Source: Chrysomallon squamiferum (Eukaryota; Animalia; Mollusca). Taken from it: DNA of 64,000 nt. Positions 46,748 through 60,719 of this stretch are shown here, piece by piece. The stretch is taken from assembly GCA_012295275.1 (NCBI GenBank), contig CM022676.1, forward strand, positions 7,564,001 through 7,628,000. The letters run 5' to 3'. Made by a program: the position numbers and the translations under genes. The notes under the pieces are model-generated. The model saw only the letters and a program-made list of their open reading frames with translations. It did no database searches and was not told the origin of the DNA. The first letter of the stretch is position 1; each line of letters begins with the position of its first letter.

Positions 46748-48927
46748 TTCCAGTATTCTAGTTTTCGCTGCCGTTAATAAACAAATATAGTTTCTTAGCT
46801 AGTTTCGTTTTAAATTCTTCCTTGTTTTGGTTTCTTTTTCTATGTTACCACGTTTATTTCGTGTTTAACAAGTAAAACAGCTGTTTTATTCTTAATATAA
46901 TTTAAAGTAATGTCATGCAATATAATATGATATAATACAATATGACACGATATGATGTTGTGTAAGATAATTCATTGTTAAATAATCTATTTCACTGTAA
47001 AATAATATAATCTTAAATGAAGAGTAGAACGGACTGGCCTATTTGGAGCCCAAGTATCTAAATATAGAAATGTGTGTCAGCAGTAAAGGTCAACGTGTAC
47101 AACTACGTCATTTGAACCGCGGTTTTCCTTCCTTGTTTGTATTCGAATTTTCACGAAATGTAGTCACGTTAGGTGTAAAAATAGGAAAAAATGTTGCTTG
47201 ATATACAAATGTTAGCAATTAACAAAATCGATATGGTGACAGAGGTAGTTATTTTTATGAAGTGTGCTTGTATATTAAATCTATGTAAGTGCGCATGCAT
47301 TTTGAGGATAGACTAACGGATGGAAGAATGTGTTAATTCACAGAAAAACATACAGAGAAAAAGAGACAGATGAATGAATGAATGATTAACAATACTCCAG
47401 CATAAAACAAATCTGAGAGTGAAAGAGAAAATTAAGAGATGATTTTTTTTTTCTAATTAATTGTAAACTATTGAATCAGTGTTGTTTGTTTCACTTATAG
47501 TAGTACTAATAATAATACTAATAATAATAAGAAGAAGAATAAAAAGAACCCTGTAACTTACTGTAATAATTTATATAAATATGTTATAGCTGTATACACA
47601 CACGGACTTGTATATGTTACGTACACCCGTATAAACCGAACACAATAGAAACAATACAGTAACTTGACAGAAAGAACATTAGGCGTTTTGGGTTACATGT
47701 TTTGTGCTGATTTTGAAAAGAGCGGTAGAGTTATACCATACCAGATTAAACCTGATTAGTCACGTTATAACGTAAGAAAAAAAACTTGACAAACATTCAA
47801 AATGGCCGCCTTTTATATGTTTGCTACTGTTAATGTTAAATTTGATATTTGATTTCTAATGATACGCTATGTCCATTATAATTCATTTTATGTCTGTTAA
47901 CTAATAAGTGCTAAATTACAGTATTAGAATTATAATGATACATTATAATTCATTTTATGTATAGTTGATAATTAATAACTATTAAATCTAATATCTGAAT
48001 TATAATGATACACTGTAATTCATTTTATATATAGCTGTTAATTAATAATCACTGTCTGATTTTGGGGGGATTTTTTTTACATCAGTGTATCGATCCACCC
48101 GTCCATCCATCCGTCCACCAGCTCACTGTCTAGATATCTGTAAATATATAATTATATATGTAATAACGTATGTGTGCATATAGATGGGATGTATACATGT
48201 AGATACGTACAAATATACATATATGCATACGTACAGACAGACAACCCCCCCGAGAAAATAAATAAATATGACATACATTCTTATATAATGGCGTACATAT
48301 GTACATTTATTCATAAATATAAACACATAGACACACTTATACGTATAGTCACTGATGTGTACACGTACATATATATATATATATACATACATACATACAA
48401 GTCTCTTTATTTGTCTCTGTCTGTCTCTCTGTCTCATTCACATATACGCATACACAGAGACAAAACACTTATTTAATAATTACTATTCAAACATTAAAAT
48501 AAACACAATGTAAATAAGATACTGAAATTTGACATATTCTGATATTTATCTTTTCAAACTCGACTTCCATTTTCGATCTTGAAGGAGAAACAAACCTCAG
48601 CACACCTGACATAAAACAACAGAAAATTCATGTAAAGTTTACTCAACATATTTCATCAGATTTTCTTTCCATAAAAACATATTTTTCACTTCTGTCCTTT
48701 AACACTGAAGAATACACAAGAGTTTCCATACTCTTTCACTTTGTTATGTTATGGATACACTTGCGATAATAGGGGAAAAAAGATTTATTGGTATAAATAA
48801 TATTTCATATACTGCTTCATGCGGTACTACATAACACTTGCTAAATTCGTCTGAGACAGATCCAGTGATATTTACAGAGGATGGTGGTAAATTAGTTATT
48901 TTAATTGTGAAAACTAAAATACTGGAA

Positions 48928-48985
48928 ATATGCTATAAGTTATTCTGTGATTTGGTATTACTGGGATGGTCATTGTACATAAAAG
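48928..48985 (+). pseudogene. Inverted orphan signal-peptide exon with the start codon mutated to ATA
   Basis: EICYKLFCDLVLLGWSLYIKG followed by gtatgt, with the same flanking intron sequence as exon 1 of A-D but on the opposite strand. Confidence 0.7.
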
Positions 48986-50714
48986 GTATGTATTTTATAT
49001 TCAGATTATTTATCTGTAACTGAGTTAATTTCATTTCATTTACAAACTGTAAAATTCTGATGTCTTGTGACAGTTATAACCCGGAAATTATACTGTTTTG
49101 ATAAATAGTCCTAAAATGAATTCTACGTAGTGGCTCATAGGAATTGCAATCTGTCCTCTTCGTTAGTCTTTTTATTACCTTTGTCACTGTGTAGATTTTT
49201 CTCTACATTTTTTTCTGCACGCGAATTTTGTGCTATAAAAAATTCTGACATCTTGTAATGTGTCAGTTCGTTCAGTTTCTATTATTTCAAAAATCAAATA
49301 ATTTCTGACTTTTACTGTAATCAAGAAACAATCAGTATGAATGTTAATCAAACTAACTAATGAAAATTAAACAAATTAAAATATAAGCGGGGTAAAGTAT
49401 CCAGCTATTAAAGGAAAAACGTTAGGTTTATCATTTTCATTTGTTTATTTATTTTGTTTTATTTATTTATTTATTTATTTGTTTGTTTATTCATCATCAT
49501 CATCATCATCTCTGTAGATTTAACATTATTTATCATTGATATATTTGACATTGTTTATCACTGGTAGATTTGAACAATATTTAACTGGTAGATTTGACAT
49601 TGCGTGTGTGTCTGTGTGTGTGTGTGTGTGTGGTTGTGTGTGTGAGAGAGTTAGTATTAATGTATGTATGTATGTATTTATGTATGTATGAATGTATGTA
49701 TGAATGTATGTATTTATGTATGTATGTATGTATGTATATGCATATGTATATATATATATAGACAATGAATACATATATAAACTTAAATAATTAAATTTAT
49801 ATTATTCTATTAGTATTTTTCTTATTACAATAACATAATACAGTTTGCTGATTTGAATTATTTAAAATATTGAAACAAAAATTATAATAAAATAAAAACT
49901 ACACAACAGTATGGCAGACAGCAAAACGAAGCAGGGAAGAAAGCAGCATAGTTGTTAGTAAACTTATGTATTTATAAAACTGAGGATATATAAAACAAAT
50001 GAATAAACTACTCACACCATTATAAACAAATAAATTACAATTTCACAATGTCCTAAAGTTCACAGTTTTGCATATAACTAACAGACTGACATTATTTCTG
50101 AAATCACAAAAAATTATATATGTCTAAAAGACAAAAGAATTTGATAAGATATAGAATAAAATAACAGATATGCACGTTTGTATGCATATATATATGTGTG
50201 TATGTATGTATGTATGTATGTATGTGTGCATGCATGTATGAATGTATACATATATATACATGTATGAATATATTAGTAAATAAATATGCAGCTCTAAACA
50301 AATATTTATATCTATTTTCACCAACATACAGACATTAATAACAACAAATTAAAAATTAAATTTAAATATATAAATAAAATAAAATTAAAAAATTAACAGG
50401 TACACCAACCACGTGTAAAATGGTGTTTACTATAAGCTAATGTAATGAGTTTTCTCCCTTGAATTGTAACTCTTCACCACTAACGGTGATTTCCCTTTAG
50501 TTGGAAATCTCTGCGTTGTGAGGCCGTTGATTTTATTATTATTATTATTACTATATTTATTTATTTATTATTTATTTATTTATTTATTTATCTATTTATT
50601 TGTTTTAATTTATTTTTTCTCATTGTGTAGCTCATTTTACCTTTTAATTATAATTTTATGAATTATTTTCAACAAATCTTTCCATTTGTTCAACTGTTTA
50701 GTGAAATGTTAAAA

Positions 50715-50725
50715 GGGGATTCCCC
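50715..50725. promoter_or_regulatory. NF-kB-like site GGGGATTCCCC
   Basis: Near-palindromic match to GGGRNWYYCC in very AT-rich DNA about 4 kb upstream of gene D. Function untested. Confidence 0.35.
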
Positions 50726-51273
50726 CAGATAGAGTATCTAATCAGGAAGGTTCACAGAAACCTGGTAAAGTCTAATTTGCATCAGATACTTGATTTTCAG
50801 CAAAGCAATTGCTGAGCACTAGTTGGATTGGGAAACAAATCAAAAGTGACCAAACACAACTTTGATCGTTGCTGCATCATTCAGTTAGAATAGAAAACAA
50901 AATAAATAAAAATAAATAAATAAATAAATATAATAATAAAGTAAAATAAAATAAACAAAATAAACTACGGCGTATTTCAGAGTTTCATATTAAACAATGA
51001 CCTGCAATGTCAATAACATGCAAATTAATAATGCTTTAGAAAGTATATTAAGTAAATATATAAATAAATATTAGTAATGATAAAAACGTTCAAAATTGGT
51101 CAAATTTGTTTAAAATAATTACATGATTATATACAAGTCCGTGTATGTATACAGCTATAACATATTTATATAAATTATTACAGTAACTTACAGGGTTCTA
51201 TAATTACACATATACATAAACACTCCTTGTTCTGTGGGTCTTTTTAACAACTAAGAAGTACATACACTCCATG

Positions 51274-51313
<40 letters not shown>

Positions 51314-51849
51314 TATTATTATTTTCTTTTTTTTTTTCATTTTTTTTTTTTTTTTTTTTTTTTTACTTCTGTCAGAATTCAGAATAACAAACTATAAATA
51401 ATTAAAGTTGTAACAACAAATTTTATGTCACATTTGAGGTTGGTCTGTTGTTGGGGATTACTAAGATTAGTATTATCTGATGGTCCAGTTCTGCTGTGTT
51501 GTAGCAAAACCCAAATATTTTTCAGATTGGTTTAAAATTTAGTTGATATAGAGTTAATCAAACTTTCGTGTATGTACACTCTATGTACTTGTTACAGAAA
51601 ATAGGAATAATTCTTGAAAATTATCATGTCTATTTCACTCTGGAAGTTGCTAATGCATTGGCTGCAAGTAGATCATTCTCTGACTGTAACTGATGGAGAA
51701 TTTCAGGAGGAAGTCTAGATGAAACCTAATAGGGTATAACAATTATACATTTTTAATATTAATAACAATTTCTGTTGTTACTAGTGTTGATGTAATTATT
51801 TTAACGAGGTTACCAATTTTTAAATAAATAATTTATTGTGTAAGGAATG

Positions 51850-51925
<76 letters not shown>

Positions 51926-52314
51926 TTCCTTTTTAAATAAATACTTTAATGTATAAAGCTATAAGGCATTCATTTCCAGTTGTTACTCATTACTGTTATT
52001 AATATTGAATTTTTGTTTCTTCTGATGTATGAATTAATGTTTTTTTCTCATGTTATCTTTTCAGAAATTAAAAACTTAATGTTTGTTCTGATAAACTTAA
52101 CTTTCTACTGAAATTTGACATTGAAGGAATTTGATACTGTTAAAAGTTCTTATTAATTTTGTTTAAATTAATAAATGTTTATTTAACTTGTTTAATGCTA
52201 TTTTATATAATTAATAGAAAATGTATTGAAAATTACTGTTATTTTTGTAGATTGTTTGTTCCGTCATACTGAAAACTGCCACTGCATCTATGGAGGGAGG
52301 GAGGGAGGGAGGAG

Positions 52315-52349
<35 letters not shown>

Positions 52350-53156
52350 TTAATGTCACTACCTTAATAGTATTAGTAGTGTTTGTACTCTTAGAACAAT
52401 ATAATACTGTTTTCTCATTTCAAATATTTAAAATATCAGAAATAATAATAAAAAGAAAAAATGTATTCACTCAGAAAGTTAGAGACACAAAAAAGTGAGA
52501 GCACTATAATTGTCTGCAGATATATAATTACATATGCATGTCTAAAATAGACAATATATAAAACAAATATTAAGAACAAAAAAAAAAAAAAAACACTAAA
52601 TATACAAAAATATACACAGTTATAAAAAAATAACCCTATAATTTCATCAAAGCCATCAACTTCACAATTTTACACATTACTCATTTAATATAAATGTCAT
52701 GTGAGAAATCCACACAAAGATTATGTCCAAAAGACGAGGTCATTTGTCAAAAAAAACCAAAACAACACAGGATAGTACGTTCAAAGATGTCATTTTTATA
52801 TATATATAAAGTACTTGGGAAATTCCTCTAAGACACTTGTGACATTAATATATGGTAAACACGGTTACTGCTGCTGTCTGAAAGAACCCAGAACAGAAAT
52901 GGTCCATCAGAATTGGTCAGGGCTGTGTGAAAGATAGTTCAAGAGAAAAGAGAGAATATTTGGCGAAGGAGAAAGACACTTAGGCCAATTCTATGCACTA
53001 TAACCACGATATTACTATCTATAATGTTATACTATAATTGTCAGTGAGTTTGTACAATCAGGCAGAGAAATTAAAGATAAAATCAAAATCAAACTTGTTA
53101 AAATAATAATTAAGATTTTATAGAGAATTACTTTTATAATTTGCTCCATCAAGTTT

Positions 53157-54299
53157 TTAAATATTCTTAAGGATAATGTCTCTCATTTTCTCTTTCTGTG
53201 GATTGGAAAACTCTTTGAAAATAGTGAACATTCGCCCTCTAGAGCTCAAGTCCAATAACTCTGAGTGCTCCTTGATAGAACTCAGTTTTTCATTAAACAG
53301 TTTTTCTGGTGGTAGATTCCTTGAGCCCACATCTCGTGCATACACAAGGATGACGTCACCTAAAACATACATGAATCTACATTAGATCTGATGATACCCA
53401 CAAAATACATTATACGTCCTCTATGCTATTTCTTTCACACAGAGCATACACACAGATTCATATTCATCTAATTATTATTATTTCTATTATTATTATTATT
53501 ATTACAATTATTATTATTATTATCATTATTACAATTATTATTATCATTATGATTATTATTATTACTACAACTACTACTACTACTATTATTATTATTATTA
53601 TTATTATTATACTGTTATTACTGTTACTATTGCTATTGTTATTATTATTATTGACATTACTATTTTATTTCAAATCACATTACTCTGAGGTCCTGTCAAA
53701 CAATCTTTACGTGTTACTGGAATCTAACTCACCACCCATTTTACGTAACGCCTGAACAGTTGTCAGTCTCATGTTCCCAGGTCCCTTTGCTGGGTCTTCA
53801 AGAATCACATTCCTCTCATTGTAATCTACATAGACAATGTAGACCTTAGAGCGAGGTACTCGCAGAATATCCTCAAACCGGTTCAACAACATATCAACAG
53901 TTTTTTATTGCTGGATCACTGACAAGAACCTCTGATGTCTGCTTGACGTGTTGTTCAGACATTTCGCTGTGGAAAGTGATTGTGCAGACTTCTCCATTAA
54001 GTTTCTCTCTCTGAACCTTGCTAAGAGTGTTTTCATCACCCTGTTGTGTTAAATTTAATATAAATCTCTGATTATATATATATAAACAGATGTATGGATT
54101 CACTCATTCATATATGTATTTACATGTATCTTAGTAGGTGTGTGTGTGTGTGTGTGTGTGTTTGTGTTTGTATATGTATATGGATGTGGATTTATGTATG
54201 TGTGTGTATATTATACATGTATGTGTGTAAGAATGGATATGTATGTATATTTACAAGTGTATGTATACGAGTCTATGTTTATCTATGTATATCTGTATA

Positions 54300-54335
<36 letters not shown>

Positions 54336-54741
54336 GTGGCTGTGTGTGTGTGTGTGTTATAAAGAAAATTACCGTTTTTCATTTGCATGGAAAGCTCTAG
54401 GTAACAGATTATTCATTACATCAGCTGTGTTTCCTTGGTGAACACTGTTACTAGGTGATCTTTTCCATGACATCAGCAGTGTCCAGGTTACAGCAAACAG
54501 GGCAATGAGAATCATAATCAAACTCCAAACTAAAATACATTCATTAATTACCAACAAACCATAAATAAAATGTTAATTTAAGTAGGGATGTGTTTGTGTG
54601 TGTGTCTGTGTGTGCATGTGCTTGTATGTGTAAGTGTGTGTCTGTGTTTGTGAATGTAATTGTGAGCTTGTTTTCGTGTAAGTGTATGTGCATGAATGTT
54701 ATTGTGTTTGTGTGTGAATGTAAGTGTCTCTCTCTCTCCAT

Positions 54742-54808
<67 letters not shown>

Positions 54809-56024
54809 ATTTAAAATGCTAAGCAACTCACACATGTAAGTAGTTTGGAACTTGAGATAGTCATAGTTTGCACTGATTTGATGTTTGTTCAGCTGAGTGA
54901 TGTCCTCAAATCTACGAGCTCGCAATTCGAGACTTCCTACCCAGGAAGACGTGTTCTGTTCAAACTTTGAAATCCAATTTGTCGTATTAGTCTCGATAAA
55001 CTGAATCTTATCCATTATGCTGTTCATACTATTCACTAGGTCTGTAATAGTGGTGTTTAATTTGTGTGTTGTAGTTTCAAGGGCTTCCAGTTTGAAATCG
55101 GTCTGTTTCATTTTAGTTTCAAATATTTTCATTTCACTTTCAGTTTTCAAAATTTGTTCTTCGTTTTCATTCCTTTTGATGTCAAACTCATGCATTTTTT
55201 TTTCAGTGTCTTGAATTCTAGCTTAAAAATTTTGCATTTTATTTTTAGTGTTTTCCATTGTTCTTTCAATTTCTGTTGTTTTAGTTTCAAACTCATGCAT
55301 TTTATTTTCAGTGTCTTGAATTCTAGCTTCAAAATTTTGCATTTTATTTTTAGTGTTTTCCATTGTTCTTTCAATTTCTGTTGTTTTAGTTTCAAAATCT
55401 TGCAATATATTTTCAGTGTTTTCCATTTTAATTTTAATTTCTTTCATTTTATTTTCAAAATCTTGCATTTTACTTTCAGTGTTTTTCAGTTTTCTTCCAT
55501 CTTCTTGCATTATACCTTTTGCATTAAAAAAAAAGAACAAATAATTAAAATAGTAATCTTATGAGGTATAATAATATTAATGTTAAGTATGATAATACTA
55601 ATCATTAGTATGATATTAGCAACTGTTTTATACTAACAGTAATAATAGTTATATAATAATATTAATAATAAAATAAATAAATATGGGTATATCTATACAT
55701 CTGTTTCTCTATCTGTCCACATTCATATCCACACACAAAAAGCACAAACACACAGACAAAACCTACCGTACAGACATATATAAGTAACAAAAAATTAAAA
55801 ATAAAGTTTTAATATATAAACACATAAGTAAAATGAATTAGATAAATAAATAAATAAATAAATAAATAAAGTAGTTACCTTCTTTCGACAACAAGTTTAT
55901 TAAACAGTCTCGAATGTGTTCTCGATTTCCTTCGCCACATAAATCTGTAATTCCGTCCATCCGTCGCACTGTGATGTAATTTAGGAACACAACGAAACAT
56001 GCAAGTATCACTGAAAGAACGATC
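53157..56024 (-). pseudogene. TM / long coiled coil / TM / cytoplasmic alpha-beta domain gene, copy 1; lacks exon 1 and is disrupted
   Basis: Exons 56024-55879 (TM1), 55515-54832 (heptad coiled coil, with in-frame TAA at 55223-55225 where copy 2 has GAA), 54529-54373 (TM2 FWSLIMILIALFAVTWTLLMSW-KR), 54040-53733 and 53359-53157. Apparent homopolymer indels near 54375 and 53903 break the frame. Confidence 0.72.
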
Positions 56025-56107
56025 CTGAAAATAAACAAGTGAAAAAATATCACGAGTGGAATTTAAAGTGTAGTGGAGAATTATATTGAATTTCACAAGA
56101 AGAATAT

Positions 56108-56229
<122 letters not shown>

Positions 56230-56810
56230 TTTGCCAAGGTTTAGTTCAATTACTATAAGTAGAATGCTTTTACAATTTTGCTGCGTAATATAACTGTGAA
56301 ATGTAAACGAAGGAGAGATTTAGGAGACAGGTATAAACAAAGAGAATCATAACAGGACAACAAATAGGAAAGCGATTTTGGTAAAGAGTAAATAATGGAA
56401 AGATTCGGGAGAGGAGTAACACAAGAGAAGAAAAGAAGGAATGTCTGTAAGACATAGGTAAGAAGAAAACTTGTAGGTGAGAGAAGGAAGGGAGGTAAGA
56501 AGAAATATTGCAGTGAGAGAGGGAAGGGAGATAACTTCTTATTAACAGATTCAGACACTAAATGACAGTTGAAATGCGACTGAATGTCCTAAAGGATGCT
56601 GAAAGTGAAACTGGAAGAGAAGGTGAATGTCAAAGAGGGAATTCCATCAAAAGTCATAATTGAATTTTCAGCGTTCATTGTTCCTCAGTTAGTTGTTTAA
56701 TTTTCATAACAAGAAAGTTCAGTACAATCTTCAGTATAGCCACAGTTAGAAAAATGATTAAACTGTGAGAACTACTACTCATATTTTGAATGGAGTCGCA
56801 CAGATCTTTC

Positions 56811-57723
56811 TCAAAGGGTGACATATCTCTTTCTTCTTTCACCGATCTGCACGTGTGTTTGAAAGAGAAATTGTAGGATTAATGCCATGATGATAGATTC
56901 AGCAATTATTAACCCGATTATGACATTTCTCTGTGTCAGACCCAGATCACTGAGTACAGTTCTTAACTGAGCAGTTTCAGCAGGCCAGGTATTAGCTTCT
57001 TCAGGTTTCTTGGTTCGCTTCTTGTAGGTCTCGCGGGGGTTAATCACTCTGATGGCCCTGTCACACACTTGTACCATGAACTTTAGCACAGGAAGGTCAA
57101 GCTCTGAAAGCGAGGCTGTAATTCTCTTCTGATCAGGATCAACGTCATCGCAGTAATTTCGGCAAAGGAGATACCGATGACTGGAACCTTGAAGACCAAG
57201 GGCACTAATGAACTCGTTCCGTCTTTTTACAAATTCCGATTCAGAAAGGTTATCATTTCCAATTTGGTCTGCCTTCGTCATGACACCAAATATTGGAATA
57301 GCTAAAAAAATTAAAAAATTAAAAATAAAAAAAAAGAAAGAAAGAAAGAAGCAAAACTAACAAAGAAAAAATAAAAATAAAGCAAAATAAAATAAAATAA
57401 ATAAATATATATTAAACATCTTAAAACACATGGCATAATCATTGTTGACACTATTTATATCTAAACGATCAACGTATATATTTATTTATTTACTATTTTA
57501 TTTATTTATTTATTTATTTATTTGCTTGTTTATTTATTTATTTTAAATTTTTGTTATTATAATTTTGTTTTGTCTTTTGTTTTTTTATTTTTTGTCAATA
57601 TAGCTGTCCTGGTAGCAGTGGTAATAATAACAAGTGTTGTAGTAGAAGTAGTAGTAAAAATAGGTGTAGTAATTGTGGTGGCGATGATACAAGTAATCGT
57701 AGAAGCAGAATGTGTTTATCCAT

Positions 57724-57768
<45 letters not shown>

Positions 57769-59562
57769 AGCTGCTATTACTATTACGAATACTATTACCT
57801 CTACTAGTGTACTTCCAACTACTATTACTATTACTACTACTAATACTAATACTGCACCTCCATCTACTATTACTTCTAATAATAATACTATTACTACTGT
57901 TATGAATAATGATACTACTATTACGACTGCTACAACTACCGCTACTGTACTTCCAACTACTATTACCAATACTGATACTACTAATACAACCAATAATATT
58001 GCTACTATTACCAATACTGATGCTACTACTACTACTAATACTAATAATGTTACTCATGTTACGAATATTGATACTACTACTACTACTACTACTATAGTTT
58101 GATCTCACTTCTTCTCATTTCCATGTCCTCACTATCTGTTGGACGAGCTGCCTGTAAAACGGCTTTAATTAAATTTGTTGGTGTTGGAGACGTTGCTGCT
58201 GACACAAATATTATTCTGTCCACCTTCAGCCTCTCACTGTTTTTGTTGTATTTTGTAGTCAAGCCATCCAGCCCGTATTTACTGTAATAGTAAGTAAACG
58301 GATTAGTGAGTGAGTATACACACACAGACACACATACACGTACACAGACACACTCACACACACAGACACAACACACGAATTGCACTAACAGTACTGAACA
58401 TCAGTGCGGTTTTCAACATTTCTGAATGATACAATGTCATCAACAATCTACCCTGACTCTATGTATGTATGTGTGTGTGTATATATCTCTGTATGTATGT
58501 GTGTATGTATATATATATATATGTATATATGTGTGTATGTATATATCTATATGTGTACGTGTGTATGTTCATACACAAACAAGTAAGTATGTAATCATCA
58601 CTTGTAATGTGACTCCGCTTCACTGATTGATTTCCCCTCGGGCAGGCGACCATAAAAGATTATTCGGAAAAGCTCCACGTACTTCTCACTGTATTCATCC
58701 ATGAACCCGGCAATGTCGATAAGTGTTGGCAAGACAACATCCTTGAACCTTTCATTGTCGTCTAGACAACATTTGGGAAAACTGAAAAATATACGTAAAA
58801 ACAAACAATGGACTGAAATACACACACACACACACACACAAAATAAAAAAATAAAAAAATAAATAAAAAACAAATAAAAATAAATAATGCTAACAGTGAA
58901 GTTAAATATGTAAATATAAAATCGCTAATAATGCACTGAAATACATAAATATAAAAACATAAACAATGGATTTAACCAAAAAAATCCGCCACTAACAACG
59001 GACAAAATATTTACTTATCTAACCTTTCAGTGTATACAGTGACCTGTGATCCGTCAGAACAGTGCGATCCTGAATATGCATATTCTCTCCAGCGTTCTCC
59101 TGACAGTGCAGTGGCTATAGTGTTAACAAGTGACGACTTGCCAACGCCCATTGGCCCTAATAAAACAATACAGCTACACAGTCATCTAATTCATTTTACC
59201 CTCCATGCCCTTCTATCTCCTACGCTTGTGGGTGTGTGTGACTATTTATCTGTATGTAGTGTGCATGGGTGTATGTGCTTGTCTCTCAGTTTGTGTCTGT
59301 GAGTTTGTCTGTGTGTAGGTATCTCTCTGTGTTGTCTATATATGTGTATATGTGTGCATGTGTTTGTGAGTGTGTGTGTGGTTGGACGTGTGTGTGTGTG
59401 TGTGTGCGTATGTGTGTACGTACCGATAATGGCCACATTAAACGGCCTCTGCTGAGGCTCTTTTCCAGCGAGGGCCACAATTTGATCAATCAGCTCATTT
59501 TTCTTTTGCTGCATGTCAGATTCATCTTTTGCTGAGGTAACCTTTGACTGCTTTGACGTCAT
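56811..59562 (-). CDS. IFI44-like P-loop GTPase with C-terminal hydrophobic segment, ~371 aa
   Basis: Exons 59562-59424, 59156-59024, 58781-58602, 58281-58109 and 57301-56811 splice in frame (1116 nt). Motifs: FNVAIIGPMGVGKSSLVNTI (G1), LIDIAG (G3), IPIFGVMTKAD (G4), LLCRNYCD. C-terminal VIIGLIIAESIIMALILQFLF followed by a basic tail. The IFI44 assignment comes from recalled motif resemblance, not a search. Confidence 0.78.
57590..58098. repeat. (ACT/TAC)n-rich trinucleotide low-complexity tract in the last intron of the GTPase gene
   Basis: Degenerate tac/aat/att repeats located between the exons ending at 58109 and starting at 57301. Confidence 0.85.
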
Positions 59563-59597
59563 ATCTCCTGTGTTCACTCTCACAATTTGCTAGAAAT

Positions 59598-59656
<59 letters not shown>

Positions 59657-60634
59657 AGTAATGATGATGGCGGTAATAACAAAAACAACATGTACTACTA
59701 TTTAAAATAATGACAAATTTATAGTGCTATAGAGTCAGGTTATTGATAGTCACGCAAACACGTAAACATACACGCCCCCAAGCCCAAGAAACAAAGCGAG
59801 TTTTGAACACATAAGTAGATACGGGAACATTATAAAATATAAATTTTTTGCATTATATAATTGTTACCTAAATATATACATATCTATATTCATACATACA
59901 CAGACATATAGAGGCCTACACATATCAAACAAATCTAAACCTTTAGAAACCTACCTCCTTTCCTTGTCACAGTAAAAACTTTATGGTCGTATTTGTCTTA
60001 TCAGTGACTGGATAGAAAAAAAAAAAATAAAACAGCATGACCTCCTGTGCGGGAAAATAAAAATCATTTGACAAATAAAAAAATAAAAAAAATAATTTCT
60101 TTTCACGATGAATTAACAGAAAAAAAAGTTATATGGAACTATTTCGGGGCGCGTATGAATAAAGATCGCGAAGAAACATATTATCTTTTTCCCAGGTGAT
60201 ATTTGAGTTAAAATATACGGGTTATCTTAACCTGACTCGAAACGTGATAAAAGTATTCAGTGTTTGTTTCGAGAACAAGACAGTGATAACACAAACAAAC
60301 CAACCGTGATGTGGGGCCCTCCGCAGGTTGTTTACCTGAGGTTGAAACGTGATAAAATTATTCAGTGTTTGTAAAACAAAACAAAAAGTGATAACATAGA
60401 TAAACCCAATCCTAACTCGGATGAATTGCAGCAGAAAAAAAAAAAAAAAATAGGAACGGATACTTGTGTTGTTACATTATTAATATTAGTAACAGCTGTA
60501 GATGTAGTAGTATTAGTACTAATAGTAGTAGTAGTAGTAACAACAACAGTATTAGTAACAGTAATATTAACAAAAGTATTAGTATTGCTAGTAACACTAG
60601 GAATAATAGCAGAAGCAGCGGCTATAATAGCAGC

Positions 60635-60668
<34 letters not shown>

Positions 60669-60719
60669 ACAGCAGGAGCAGAAGTAGCACTAACACAATG
60701 TCACCGTGTCAACGTCGTT

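Noticed and set aside
51634-51726. Possible orphan terminal exon on the minus strand (VSSRLPPEILHQLQSENDLLAANALATSRVK stop)
   Set aside because: No partner exons or homology could be identified, so it may be chance.
55064-55564. Phe-rich antisense ORFs (also 63230-63805)
   Set aside because: Reverse-strand shadows of the Lys/Glu-rich coiled-coil exon.
57522-58108. Mucin-like Thr-rich and poly-Ser/Val ORFs
   Set aside because: Trinucleotide low-complexity DNA inside an intron of the GTPase gene, open in several frames on both strands.
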